Part shown: positions 33,848-43,958 of the stretch, piece by piece
Numbering within the stretch: the stretch's first letter is position 1
How the letters are laid out: every line of letters starts with the position of its first letter
Source of the DNA: Myxococcota bacterium
Lineage (GTDB): Bacteria > Myxococcota_A > UBA9160 > UBA6930
DNA length: 64,000 nucleotides
NCBI GenBank assembly: GCA_965223415.1
Contig: OZ245002.1
Coordinates: forward strand, 5,024,001 to 5,088,000
Reading direction: 5' to 3'
Notes under the pieces: generated by a model
Told to the model about the DNA's origin: nothing
The model's database searches: none
The model's input: the letters and a program-made list of their open reading frames with translations, nothing else
Position numbers and translations under genes: made by a program

Positions 33848-34708
33848 CTAGCGGAGCGCGCTGGCGTCGCCGATCAGGACGCGGGTGCCGTCGTCCTTCT
33901 CGACCCAGACGTCGCATGCGACCCGGGTGCGCGTCCCCTCCGGCCACTCCTCGCGCACCCGGCCGTAGGCGGTGACGCGCTCGTCCACCCACAGCACGTT
34001 GGTGAGCTTCAGCGACATCTTGCCGCCCTGCAGGAAGCCCATGCCGAAGTGGTCGAGCATCACCTGAGCCGCGAAGCAGGTGGTCATCATCCCCTGCACC
34101 ACGATGTTCGGAAAGCCGATCTTCTGGGCCTCTGCCGCATCGGTGTGGTAGTTGCGTCCGGGACCGCTGAACATCCAGCAACGCCGGGCATCGATCCGCT
34201 TGCTCGTCGGCGCGAGATCTTCGCCCGTGGCCGTGGGAAACGGCGGACGCGGCGTCTTCTTCTTCGCCGTCGACTCGTCCACGACGTAGCCTTCGTCGCC
34301 CTCCCGCTCCTTCGGCGGAAGGAAGGACTGGTGCGTGCGTCCGCGCACGAGCAGCTGGCCGCTCTCGGCGTCCACCACGTCGGTCTCGTTCACGACGTAG
34401 TCGCGCCCGCGCTTGGCGTAGCGGCCGACGATCGTCGAGCGGGTGCGCACCCGGCTTCCGACGCGGATCGGTGCGAACAGCTCCCAGTCCTGCTGGCCGT
34501 GGAGGTTCCCGAACAAGTTCTTCAGGTACCACTCGCCGACGAACTGGTAGCACTCGGAGTGAAAGAGCAGCGGCGGTGCCACCTCTTCGTAGAGCGGATT
34601 GGGATCGTCCAGGGCGTCGGCGTAGAACGTGACCACCTCCGGAGTGACGTCGTAGGTATGGCTTCCGCAGTGACGGCCGACGAAGGCCGGCTGACCGAGC
34701 AGGTTCAC
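33848..34708 (-). CDS. Double hot-dog MaoC-like dehydratase family protein
   Basis: Two hot-dog halves; LDDPNPLY, NYHTDAAEAQKIGFPNIVVQG. Confidence 0.75.
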   Translation of the reverse strand: MNLLGQPAFVGRHCGSHTYDVTPEVVTFYADALDDPNPLYEEVAPPLLFHSECYQFVGEWYLKNLFGNLHGQQDWELFAPIRVGSRVRTRSTIVGRYAKRGRDYVVNETDVVDAESGQLLVRGRTHQSFLPPKEREGDEGYVVDESTAKKKTPRPPFPTATGEDLAPTSKRIDARRCWMFSGPGRNYHTDAAEAQKIGFPNIVVQGMMTTCFAAQVMLDHFGMGFLQGGKMSLKLTNVLWVDERVTAYGRVREEWPEGTRTRVACDVWVEKDDGTRVLIGDASALR

Positions 34709-34779
34709 GGGGCTCCTCCCGGGAGCCGTGGCGGCTCCCTCCGCGGCAATGATCGCATACTTCCGGTATCACACCCGCC

Positions 34780-36312
34780 GTGCCGAGCCCGCTCGACAAC
34801 GTGAGCCTCTGGATCCGCGAGCGCGCGCGCCTCGCACCGGAGCGCACGGCGGTCATCGACGCGGAGCGCAGCCTCGACTTCGCTGCCCTCGAGGAGCGGG
34901 TGGCCCGCGCCGCCGGTCTCCTGGCGGGGCATGGGATCGGGCACGGCGATCGGGTGGGCCTGCTGCTCGGCAACCGCAGCGCCTACCTGGAGCTGGTGTT
35001 CGCGGCCGCGCGCCTCGGCGCCATCGCCATGCCGATCAACACCCGCCTCGCCCCACCGGAGGTAGCGGAGCTGCTCGACGACGCGCGGCCCGGCCTGCTC
35101 TTCCACGAAGCGGCGCTCGAACCCCTGGCCCGGGCCAGCCTGGAGCGCGCCCGCCTCGCCTCGCCGGCGCCCCGCGCCGTGGGGGGCTCAGCCGATCCCT
35201 ACGAAGCCGCCCTCGCCGCCCAAGCGCCCCACGACACCATCGCCCCGGTCGCACCGGAGGATCCGATGATCCTCATGTACACGTCCGGCACCACCGGCGT
35301 TCCCAAGGGCGCGCTGCTCCCGCACCGCAAGACGCTCTACAACAGCCTCAACGCCCAGCTGTTCTTCGGCTGCACCCAGGACGATCGGGTGCTCGTGGTG
35401 GTGCCGCTCTTCCACTCCTTCGGGCTCAAGATCCTGGCGATCCCGGCCCTCTACTGCGGCGCCACGGTCTTGCTCCAGGACGCTTTCGAGCCCCACGCCC
35501 TGTGGCGCGCGGTGGAGGAGCACCGCATCACCTACTTCGGCGGGGTGCCCACGCTCTTCGGACCGCTTCAGGAGGCCCTCGACACCGATCGCCCCGACCT
35601 GTCCTCCCTCCGCTTCGTGTTCACCGCCGGCTCCGCGATCCCGGTGGAGCGCATCCATGCCTTCGAGGAGCGGGGGCTGCGCCTCAAGCAGGGCTTCGGC
35701 CAGACCGAGACCTCGATCCTCTGCTGCCTCGACGCCGCGGACGCGGTGCGCAAGGCCGGGAGCGTCGGGCGCCCGGTCTTCCACGGGGAGGTGCGTATCG
35801 TCCGCGAGCGCTCGCTCGCGGCGCCTCCCGCCCGGTGGGAGGATTGCGAGGTGGGCGAATCCGGCGAGATCGTCGTGCGCGGCCCCATCACCATGCTGGG
35901 TTACTGGGAGCGCCCGGACGCCAACGCCGAGACCCTGCGCGACGACTGGCTCCGCACCGGCGACCTGGGCGCCTTCGACGCCGAGGGCTTCGTCACCCTG
36001 ACCGGCCGCGCCCGCGACATGTACATCTCCGGCGGCGAGAACGTGTACCCGCGGCAGGTCGAGGCGGTCTACGAGGCCCACCCGGACGTGCACGAGCTCG
36101 CCGTCATCGGCGTGCCGGACGAGCGCTGGGGCGAGACCGGCCACGCCTACGTGGTGCTCGAGCCTGGCGCCCGCCTCGACGCGGAGGCGCTGCGAGCCTG
36201 GGGGCGCGAGCGGCTGGCCACCTTCAAGGTGCCGACGACTTTCGAAGCGGTGGGCGCGCTGCCGAAGACCGTTACCGGGAAGGTGCAGAGGTTCCGGCTG
36301 GCCGGACGCTAG
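34780..36312 (+). CDS. Acyl-CoA synthetase / AMP-binding enzyme
   Basis: YTSGTTGVPKG, GFGQTET, RTGDLG, SGGENVYP, TGKV. Confidence 0.92.
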   Translation: MPSPLDNVSLWIRERARLAPERTAVIDAERSLDFAALEERVARAAGLLAGHGIGHGDRVGLLLGNRSAYLELVFAAARLGAIAMPINTRLAPPEVAELLDDARPGLLFHEAALEPLARASLERARLASPAPRAVGGSADPYEAALAAQAPHDTIAPVAPEDPMILMYTSGTTGVPKGALLPHRKTLYNSLNAQLFFGCTQDDRVLVVVPLFHSFGLKILAIPALYCGATVLLQDAFEPHALWRAVEEHRITYFGGVPTLFGPLQEALDTDRPDLSSLRFVFTAGSAIPVERIHAFEERGLRLKQGFGQTETSILCCLDAADAVRKAGSVGRPVFHGEVRIVRERSLAAPPARWEDCEVGESGEIVVRGPITMLGYWERPDANAETLRDDWLRTGDLGAFDAEGFVTLTGRARDMYISGGENVYPRQVEAVYEAHPDVHELAVIGVPDERWGETGHAYVVLEPGARLDAEALRAWGRERLATFKVPTTFEAVGALPKTVTGKVQRFRLAGR

Positions 36313-36331
36313 CCCGAGAGGGGAGCCGCGT

Positions 36332-36408
36332 TGGTGGCGATGGCTGGACTCGAACCAGCGACCCCCGGCTTATGAAACCAGTGCTCTAACCGACTGAGCT
36401 ACATCGCC
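36332..36408 (-). tRNA. tRNA with CAT anticodon, most likely elongator tRNA-Met
   Basis: GGCGATG acceptor stem, D-arm AGCTCAGTCGGTTAGAGC, loop TTCATAA, GGTTCGAGTCC, encoded CCA; 77 nt. Confidence 0.95.
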
Positions 36409-36470
36409 ACGCGACGGGGCAAGCTAGCGAATCCGGCCCCTTCTGCTCTCTGCGGCCGGCGGGAGCGCTC

Positions 36471-37085
36471 TCAGCGGCCGCCCGCGCGGGCGGCCTGATC
36501 TCCGGCTGCGCTCCCGCTCGAGAAGACCTGCTTCTCGAGCGCTTCGACCCGGCTGCGCAGCGCTTCGAGCTCGCCGCGGGCTGCCGCCGGGTCGCTGGCG
36601 GACACCTTGGGGAGCCTGCCGAGCCCACCGGTGACGTGGTGGGCCACGCGCTTCACCAGGTTGTCGAGGCGAGGGATGATCTCGCCCAGGGTTCCCGATT
36701 GCACGAACACCGAGCGGGGGTCGCCGGCGTCCTCGCCCTGGACCTGCACGCAGCGGACGTCCAGGCTGGCGCCCTCTCCGAAGCGGGTGAAGGAACCGTA
36801 GAGCACCCAGCGGGCGCCGGCGGCGCGGCCGGCGCCCTGGGCGGCCTCGAGGTCGGTCGTGGCCTGCTCCGGATCGTCGACCTTGATGACCGCGACGCCC
36901 TTCTCCTGGCCCAGCCGGGAGGCGAGCATCTCCGCGAGGCCGGATCGCAGGTAGTCCCGATCCTCCGTGGCATGCACGACGATCGGGAGGATCGCCACGC
37001 GGGCGCGCGAATCGGCGGCGGCAGCGGTGCCCGCCAGCACGAGGAGCAGGACGGCCGCGGCAGCGATGGCGGACTCTCGTTTCAC
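36471..37085 (-). CDS. Exported protein with TolB-N/CsgG-like alpha/beta domain and coiled-coil tail
   Basis: Signal peptide (AAAAD), VAILPI, MLASRL, GARWVLYGS. Confidence 0.65.
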   Translation of the reverse strand: MKRESAIAAAAVLLLVLAGTAAAADSRARVAILPIVVHATEDRDYLRSGLAEMLASRLGQEKGVAVIKVDDPEQATTDLEAAQGAGRAAGARWVLYGSFTRFGEGASLDVRCVQVQGEDAGDPRSVFVQSGTLGEIIPRLDNLVKRVAHHVTGGLGRLPKVSASDPAAARGELEALRSRVEALEKQVFSSGSAAGDQAARAGGR

Positions 37086-37192
37086 GTCGGGCACTCCCCT
37101 GGGCAACGGCCCCTGCGTCGATCCGCACCGACGCGGGGTTCCCCCCGCGGAGACGGAGACGCGAGTCGTTCTATCAGGTGGGGAGGGGAGGG

Positions 37193-38851
37193 TCAACCAG
37201 ACGCGCCGAGAGGCAGCCGGACGCGGAAGCAGGCGCCCTCGCCGGGCCGGCTGGTGACCTCGATCAGACCGTCGTGCTCGGTCACGATCCGGTGGCAGAT
37301 CATCAGCCCGAGGCCCGTGCCGTGGTCCGGCCCCTTGGTGGTGAAGAAGGGATCGAAGATGCGCTCGAGGTCGTCCTCGCCGATGCCCTCTCCCGCATCG
37401 ACCACCTCGATGGTCGCGCCGTCCCCCAGAGCCGGCCCACCGGGCTCGATGCGGATGCGAACGGCCTCGCCCTCGGGGCTGGCGTGGATCGCGTTGAGGG
37501 TGAGGTTGAGGAGCAGCTGGTGGATCTGTTCGCGGGAGGCCATGAGCTTCGGCGAGGCGGGATCCGCGGTGATCTCGAGGCCCACCCGACTGCGCTCGGC
37601 CTCGGGAGCGACCAGCGTCACGACCTCGCTGGCAATGGCCCCGAGATCGCACGCCGAGCGCTTCGCCGCGCCGCTGTCCTCCCGGCCCAGACGGCTCATC
37701 GTCGCCACCAGCCCGCGAATGCGCTCCACCTCCGAGCAGGCGAGGCGGTGGTAGCTGCCCCAGAACTCCTCGTCGGCCTCGGTGCGTTTCGCCGGCGCGA
37801 GGCTCAAGAAGGTGTGGATCGAAGTGAGCGGGTTGTTGATCTCGTGGGCCAGCCCGGCCGCCAGCGTGCCCAGGGTGCCGAGGCGGTCAGCGCGCAGCAC
37901 CTGCTGCCGGCTCGACCGCAGGTCCTCCACCAGGCGGGCGTTCTGCAGCGCGATCGCCGCCTGGTGCGCCACCGCGGCGAGCAGCGTGCAATCGCGCGGC
38001 TCGAAGGGCGCCCCACCGCTGCGGTTGTCGACGGCCAGCGCCCCGAGCAGGCCGGCCTTGCCGACGAGTGGAACCACCAGCACGTCGCCCGCGATCTCAG
38101 TGAGCCAATCGCGCATGGGCGCCGGGTAGTCGAGGCAGTGATCGAGGGTGAGCAGGCGCGGCTCGCCGCGGGCCAGCGCATCCAGCAGCTCCGCCGCGTG
38201 CTCGCGGGTGAGCTGATGGCTCTCGAGGAAGGCCGCGGTGGGCACGTCGCTCGGAACGCGCCGATCGAAGACCAGACTCTCGCGGGTGGGGTCGTAGAGC
38301 AGCAGCGCCGCCCCGTCGTAGTGGAGCGTATCGGTCAGGGACGCCACCAGGAGCTCGGTGAGCTTATCGACCGCAAGCTCGCGCGTGATCGTCGCCGCGA
38401 GCTCTCCCACGGTTCGCAGCTCCCGCACCAGCGCCTCGCGCTCGCGGTCCAGCGCGTAGTGCTCGATCGCCCGCTTCAGGGCAACACGCATGTCCTCTGG
38501 CTGCCACGGCTTGGCGATATAGCGGTAGACGGAGCCGTCGTTGATCGCGTGGCTCAGAGTATCCACCGAGCCGTAGGCGGTGACCAGCATGCGCATGGTC
38601 TCCGGCGCCATCTCGCGCACCCGCGAGAGGAACTCGACGCCGGTCATGCCCGGCATCTTCTGATCCGAGAGCACGACGGCGAAGCGCTCGTTCATCAGCC
38701 GCTCGAGCCCCTCCTCGCCGGACGCCGCCGTCACGATGCGGAACTCGCGGCGGAAGGTCAGCTCGAAGACCCGGAGGTTCTCCGACTCGTCGTCCACGTA
38801 GAGGAGCGGGAAGGCACGTAGATCGACCGGGTGCGGTTGGCTATCCGGCAT
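37193..38851 (-). CDS. Hybrid histidine kinase REC-GAF-HisKA-HATPase
   Basis: YVDDE/SDQKMP/KPW receiver; GAF-like middle; AHEINNPL; NAIHA, DAGEGI, GTGLGL. Confidence 0.92.
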   Translation of the reverse strand: MPDSQPHPVDLRAFPLLYVDDESENLRVFELTFRREFRIVTAASGEEGLERLMNERFAVVLSDQKMPGMTGVEFLSRVREMAPETMRMLVTAYGSVDTLSHAINDGSVYRYIAKPWQPEDMRVALKRAIEHYALDREREALVRELRTVGELAATITRELAVDKLTELLVASLTDTLHYDGAALLLYDPTRESLVFDRRVPSDVPTAAFLESHQLTREHAAELLDALARGEPRLLTLDHCLDYPAPMRDWLTEIAGDVLVVPLVGKAGLLGALAVDNRSGGAPFEPRDCTLLAAVAHQAAIALQNARLVEDLRSSRQQVLRADRLGTLGTLAAGLAHEINNPLTSIHTFLSLAPAKRTEADEEFWGSYHRLACSEVERIRGLVATMSRLGREDSGAAKRSACDLGAIASEVVTLVAPEAERSRVGLEITADPASPKLMASREQIHQLLLNLTLNAIHASPEGEAVRIRIEPGGPALGDGATIEVVDAGEGIGEDDLERIFDPFFTTKGPDHGTGLGLMICHRIVTEHDGLIEVTSRPGEGACFRVRLPLGASG

Positions 38852-41657
38852 CCGCGCCCTCGGCGTCGACCGGGAGCACCACGGTCACGCGGGTGCCCTC
38901 TCCCGGCGTCGAAGCGAGCTCGATCCGGCCACCGTGCTCGCGCACGATGCGATCGGACATGGCCAGGCCGAGCCCGGTGCCCTGCCCCGCCTGCTTCGTG
39001 GTGAAGAACGGCTCGAACAGGCGGGACTGAACGTCCGCTTCGATGCCCGAACCGGTATCCGCCACCCGCACCTCCAGCTCCCCGTCGACGCGCTTTGCCT
39101 GGACGGAGATGGTCCCTTCTTCTCCTTCGAACGCCTCGATGGCGTTCTTGAGCAGGTTGAGGAACACCTGGTTCAGGCCGCCTGGGTCGCCGAAAACCGC
39201 CGGGAGATCCGCCGCGATCTCCACCTCCGTGGCGATGCCCGCCTCGCGCAGCTGATGCCCAAGGAGCTGCAGGGTCGAGCGCAGGCCGGCGCCCACGTCC
39301 ACGATGGCGTGGCCGCTTCGCCCCGGAGCTGCGAAGTCCCGCAGGTCCGCCACGAGCCGCGCCGTCCGGTCGAGGCCTTCGGTGACGATGCCCACCAGCT
39401 CGGCCAGCTCCGAGGCCATGTCCTCGAAGCCCATCTCCCGCTTCTTCCGCTCCAGCTGCAGCAGCTGCACCCGGAGCGTCTGGGGATCGTCCGCATCGAG
39501 CTCGCCGACCCAGGAGACCAGGCCCTGGATATCGTCCGCGTAGGCCCGGAGCGCCGCCAGGGAGTTGCGCGCGAAGTTGAGCGGGTTGTTCACCTCGTGG
39601 GCCACGCCCGCCGAGAGCTCGCCGACGGCCGCCAACCGCTCCGCCTGGACGAGCTGGACCTCCGCCTCCTTCAGCTCCTCGAGGGCCTGGGCGAGCTCCG
39701 CGTTCGACGATTCGAGCGCCGCGTTCTGCTCGCGGAGCTCGAGCTGGAGGGAGCGGATCCGCACCAGCGAGCGCGCCCGGGCCAGGAGCTCGCGGGGGTG
39801 GAAGGGCTTCGTCACGTAGTCGTCCGCTCCGAGCTCCAGCCCCTCGATCTTCATCTCGCGCTCGGCCTTGGAGGTCACCAGCATCACCGGCACCCCGCGC
39901 AGCGCCCCGTCCTGCTTGATCGCGCGACACAGCTCGGTGCCCGACATCTCGGGCATCATTACATCGGTCACGACCAGCTCGGGGGCCTGCTCGCGGACCG
40001 CCTCGAGAGCCTCCAGGCCGTTGCGCGTCGGCCGCACCCGGAACTCGCGACCGAGCAGGAAAGCCAGCAGCCGGCGCATCTCGGCATTGTCCTCGGCGAT
40101 CACGATCTCCGGCGTACCCTCGGCATGCTCCGGAAGCTCGAACACCCACTCGTCGCCGTGCCGGGTCGCCTCCCAGCGGCTCACCGTGTGCTCCACCGCC
40201 GCGAAGCGCCCCTCTCCGGCGTGCTCGAGGTCCATCGAGGTCTCGCTGGCCAGCGCCTCAAAGGACTTGGCTGCGGAGAGAGCGCGATTTCCCCCGGCCT
40301 CGAGCAGTACCTCCTCCTCGGGATCGTCGTCCGCCTCTCCGAGAGGCAGCAGCACGTGCATCTGCGACCCGTGCCCATCGCCCTCGCTCGTCGCCCAGAC
40401 CCGCCCGCCATGCAGCGCGACCAGCTCCTGCACGAGACTGAGCCCGATCCCCGTCCCCTCGTGCTTTCGGGTCGCCGACCCGTCCACCTGGGCAAAGCGA
40501 TCGAACACCCGCGCGAGCTGATGCTCCGGAATGCCGACGCCCGTGTCCTCGACCACGATGTGGACCCCCTCCGCATCGAGGCCCCGCCCGTCGCCGGCGG
40601 CAGCCGGCGCTCCGCGCACCGTGATCCCCCCGGAATCCGTGAACTTGAGCGCGTTCCCGATCAGGTTCACCAGCACCTTCTCGAGCGCATCCGGGTCGAC
40701 ATTCGCCGTGGGCAAGCCGTCGAATCCCTCGGCCCGCAGGTGAAGCCCCTTCCGCTCCGCCATCGGCAAGGCGCCGTCCACGATATCTGCGACCAGCCGC
40801 CTGAGCTCGATTGGCACCCGCCGCACCGACAGCTGCTCACTCTCGATCTTCGCAAGATCCAGCAGGCCATTGATGAGCTTCAGGAGGCGCAGCCCGTTGG
40901 ACTGCATCGTCCGCAACGTCCGGTCGAGCCCGCTGGGAATGTCGCCCATGTCCCCGGATCGCATGGCTTCGATGGGGGCGAGCATGAGGGTGAGCGGCGT
41001 GCGGAGCTCGTGGTGGATGTTGGCGGTGAAGCGGGACTTTGCGCGATCCAGGTCTTCGAGTCGGTCGCGCGCGCATTCGAGTTCGCGCCGCTTCGAGAAG
41101 TCCGAGTAGCGGATCTTCTCAAGGTTCACCGAACTCGCGACAGCGAGTATGAACGCCGAGGACAGAACCAAGCCGTGGAAGACCACCGTCGTGGATCCGG
41201 TCCCGTCGGAGCCCACCGCGACCATCAGGAAGAAGCACAGGCTTGTCGCGCCGCAGACGAGGACGGTCTGCCGGATTGTAACCGGGATGATCACCGGGAA
41301 GGCGCCGAAGAGCAGGACGAGTCCAGAGTAGTAGGGACTTGTGCCCGCGCCCGTGAAGGCGGAGATCGCCACGAGCATCATGCCGATGGATAGCCCCATT
41401 CCGATGCTGGCCACCTCAGGGGCCCTGGATCGGAACGCCCAGTAGAGGCCACCCATCACACCGGCTGTCGCAACACGGATTGGGGCGAAGACGCGCCACA
41501 TCTGGGGCTCGGCGATGGCGTCCAGCGGTATGAACCCCAGCACGATCGCGAGGCCGCAGGGGACGGCGATTCGAAGCGCGGGGGGCATTAACTCCCGGCG
41601 CACGAACTCCCGGTAGTCCGCGAAAGACTCGGCGGTCCTGGGCGGCACGGTCTCCAC
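38841..41657 (-). CDS. Membrane (~6 TM) hybrid kinase with two transmitter modules: TM-HisKA-HATPase-REC-HisKA-HATPase
   Basis: Hydrophobic N-terminus with SPYYSGL; HHELRTPL, NALKFT; AEDN/TDVMMP/KPF; AHEVNNPL, GTGLGL. Confidence 0.92.
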   Translation of the reverse strand: METVPPRTAESFADYREFVRRELMPPALRIAVPCGLAIVLGFIPLDAIAEPQMWRVFAPIRVATAGVMGGLYWAFRSRAPEVASIGMGLSIGMMLVAISAFTGAGTSPYYSGLVLLFGAFPVIIPVTIRQTVLVCGATSLCFFLMVAVGSDGTGSTTVVFHGLVLSSAFILAVASSVNLEKIRYSDFSKRRELECARDRLEDLDRAKSRFTANIHHELRTPLTLMLAPIEAMRSGDMGDIPSGLDRTLRTMQSNGLRLLKLINGLLDLAKIESEQLSVRRVPIELRRLVADIVDGALPMAERKGLHLRAEGFDGLPTANVDPDALEKVLVNLIGNALKFTDSGGITVRGAPAAAGDGRGLDAEGVHIVVEDTGVGIPEHQLARVFDRFAQVDGSATRKHEGTGIGLSLVQELVALHGGRVWATSEGDGHGSQMHVLLPLGEADDDPEEEVLLEAGGNRALSAAKSFEALASETSMDLEHAGEGRFAAVEHTVSRWEATRHGDEWVFELPEHAEGTPEIVIAEDNAEMRRLLAFLLGREFRVRPTRNGLEALEAVREQAPELVVTDVMMPEMSGTELCRAIKQDGALRGVPVMLVTSKAEREMKIEGLELGADDYVTKPFHPRELLARARSLVRIRSLQLELREQNAALESSNAELAQALEELKEAEVQLVQAERLAAVGELSAGVAHEVNNPLNFARNSLAALRAYADDIQGLVSWVGELDADDPQTLRVQLLQLERKKREMGFEDMASELAELVGIVTEGLDRTARLVADLRDFAAPGRSGHAIVDVGAGLRSTLQLLGHQLREAGIATEVEIAADLPAVFGDPGGLNQVFLNLLKNAIEAFEGEEGTISVQAKRVDGELEVRVADTGSGIEADVQSRLFEPFFTTKQAGQGTGLGLAMSDRIVREHGGRIELASTPGEGTRVTVVLPVDAEGADAG

Positions 41658-41696
41658 GGAAGCTGTATCGGCCCCCGTGGGGGGCTCCTTGATGCG

Positions 41697-43877
41697 CTAC
41701 TCCGAGGCCCCTTCCCGTGGCGCTGAAACCACCAATAAGGCCGGCAAGAGGAGGAGATCCGCGAGAAGGCAGACCCCCATGATCGCCGCTGTAACCAAGC
41801 CAAGGTTCCGAACGAGGTTGAAGCCCGAGAGCCCCAGCACTCCAAACCCCACCGCGATGACCACCGTAGTTCCCAACACTGGCGGGAGAGTCCGCCGCAG
41901 AGCGCCGGCGACCGCCTCCGCCGCTGGAAGCGTGCTTCTGTGTCGCCGATACTCCACAACCACGTGAATCGTGTCGTCAATTGCGATTCCAAGGGCAAGG
42001 GTGCCCAAGAGGACGGTGCCCGCGTCGAGAGGGATGTCGAGTAGGCCCATCAGCCCGAATGCGAACACCACTGGCGTCGCGTTCGGAATGAGTGAGACGA
42101 CCGTCATTCGAACGGACCGCAGAAGGATGCCTAGGACGATCCCAACCGCGACGAACGCGAACACCAGGCCGCGCAGCTGGCCCCTCTCGATCTCCCGCTC
42201 AGAACGCGCGTACTCGTGCATGATGCCAGTGACCTGTGCATCGAAGTCCGCCGGGCCGAAATCCTCCCACCACCCCTCCGACGCACGAGCGACCCGAAGG
42301 AGATCGTTAGAACCGTTGTTATCCACACGCAGCAGCAAGTTCGCCTGCCGTCGATCCGCAGTGACGACGTCTCCCATGTAGTCAACCGACTCGAGCAGCA
42401 GCAGGTACTGCTCGATTCCGTTCTCATCGACGGGTAGAGGGTATTGGGAGTCGCCGAGGAACCCACCGTGGAGTTGTCGTAGGGGGTCCGCTAGGGAAAC
42501 TGCCTTGCCCACTTCGGGCAGTTGACCGAGAAAGTGCTGGAGCCCATCTATAGAGCGCAACACGTCCGGATCTGTGACTCGCCGGTCCCCCTCCGAGGAG
42601 ATCACAACGTTCATGGGGCTAATTCCCGAGAGACGGGTCCGAATCTCGCGGTAGTCCTTTCGAGGAGTGCTGTCCTCCTGGAAGTAGAGAATCACGTCGG
42701 TTTCGATGTCGAGCCGCGAGATGCCAACTCCGACTACGAGGAGGATTGCAGCCCAACCGGCCAGGATGGCTACCGGACGCGTCAAGAGCGAGCGAAGGTG
42801 GCCCACGATCGCGTCGCGGGCCCGAACGACGAGGACCGACCGGACCTCGGCCACTGGGAATAGAGCCAGAAGCGCGGGCGCTAGCGAAATCGCAGCTGCG
42901 AGCACGAACAGACATCCCAACGCTCCGAATGCACCGATCCAGCGGATTACATCAATTCGCACCAAGGTCATCGCCACGAAACCGATCGCCGTCGTGACGC
43001 CCGAGACCACGATTGGGGCAACCACTCGCACGAGCTCCACCTCAATCCGACCCGGGGCCCCCTGGGCGGCCGCGATTGCCGAGACCACATGAAGTGAATA
43101 TGCACAGCCCAGCGCGAGCAGCACCGATGGAAGAACAACTGTGCTGATTGTGAGAGGAACCCCCAGCGCACCCATTGTGCCCAGCGTCAGGAGGCTCCCC
43201 ACTGATCCGACGGCAAGAACGACGATTGGTACCCGAGCGCCCCTCAATGGAAGCATGAGTAGAAGGCCGATGATCAAGCCGGTGACCGGGAAGAAGATCG
43301 CCAGCTCACTTCGCATCAAGCGATTGGTCTCAGTGCGGAAGACGGGCCCCCCTGAGATCCAGGCTGAGCCGAGTCGCTTAGATGATTCCCGAACGGCTTC
43401 GACGACGCGTTGATCGTTCTCGGCGCCGATGTCGTCCATTCGAACGACCACGGCGAAGGTCCGTCCATCCTCTGAGACCACTGCCTTGGGAAGGACCCGG
43501 TCTTTCTCGATCTTTGCGACGGCGCCAGCAACCTCTCCATCCGAGGCGCCTGGTTCGATCGCGGGATCCAGCTCGAGTGTTCCGTCAGGCCCCGCGTGGA
43601 CGAGAGGCATGGTGCTGATGCTGTCGACGCGGCGAACACCGGCAACCTCCTCGAGATCTGCCGAGATAGAGGCGATAGTGCGAACCACTTCCGGGTCGAA
43701 GGCGTGCTGCGCCTCGGCCGCAAGCACGACGATCTCGTCGCCACCGAAGGTGTTGGTGGAGGACTCGTAGAACCTCCACGATGGGCTCTCGCGACTCAGC
43801 ACGCTGTCCGTCGAGGTTTCGATGTTCAATCGCGCGAGCCCTGCCAGGGAGGCCACTGCGAGGATGGCCCATACCAA
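41697..43877 (-). CDS. MMPL/RND-family lipid transporter (true start probably upstream of 43877)
   Basis: Two repeats of TM, large loop and 5 TM; GIAIDDTIH; frame stays open back to 43958. Confidence 0.88.
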   Translation of the reverse strand: MVWAILAVASLAGLARLNIETSTDSVLSRESPSWRFYESSTNTFGGDEIVVLAAEAQHAFDPEVVRTIASISADLEEVAGVRRVDSISTMPLVHAGPDGTLELDPAIEPGASDGEVAGAVAKIEKDRVLPKAVVSEDGRTFAVVVRMDDIGAENDQRVVEAVRESSKRLGSAWISGGPVFRTETNRLMRSELAIFFPVTGLIIGLLLMLPLRGARVPIVVLAVGSVGSLLTLGTMGALGVPLTISTVVLPSVLLALGCAYSLHVVSAIAAAQGAPGRIEVELVRVVAPIVVSGVTTAIGFVAMTLVRIDVIRWIGAFGALGCLFVLAAAISLAPALLALFPVAEVRSVLVVRARDAIVGHLRSLLTRPVAILAGWAAILLVVGVGISRLDIETDVILYFQEDSTPRKDYREIRTRLSGISPMNVVISSEGDRRVTDPDVLRSIDGLQHFLGQLPEVGKAVSLADPLRQLHGGFLGDSQYPLPVDENGIEQYLLLLESVDYMGDVVTADRRQANLLLRVDNNGSNDLLRVARASEGWWEDFGPADFDAQVTGIMHEYARSEREIERGQLRGLVFAFVAVGIVLGILLRSVRMTVVSLIPNATPVVFAFGLMGLLDIPLDAGTVLLGTLALGIAIDDTIHVVVEYRRHRSTLPAAEAVAGALRRTLPPVLGTTVVIAVGFGVLGLSGFNLVRNLGLVTAAIMGVCLLADLLLLPALLVVSAPREGASE

Positions 43878-43958
43878 GAGAGCTGTGCGTGGGTGCCGGA
43901 GGGATCCAACCGCCGTTCGCTCAAGCGGCCGGGACGTGAGGTCACGAAGCTGCAGGGG

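Noticed and set aside
36332..36408. tRNA-Ile2 (lysidine) or initiator tRNA, suggested by the CAT anticodon and nearby tilS
   Set aside because: G1-C72 is paired and there is no GGG/CCC anticodon stem, so it is not an initiator. The acceptor stem GGCGATG resembles elongator Met more than Ile2. Not fully excluded without tRNAscan-SE isotype models.
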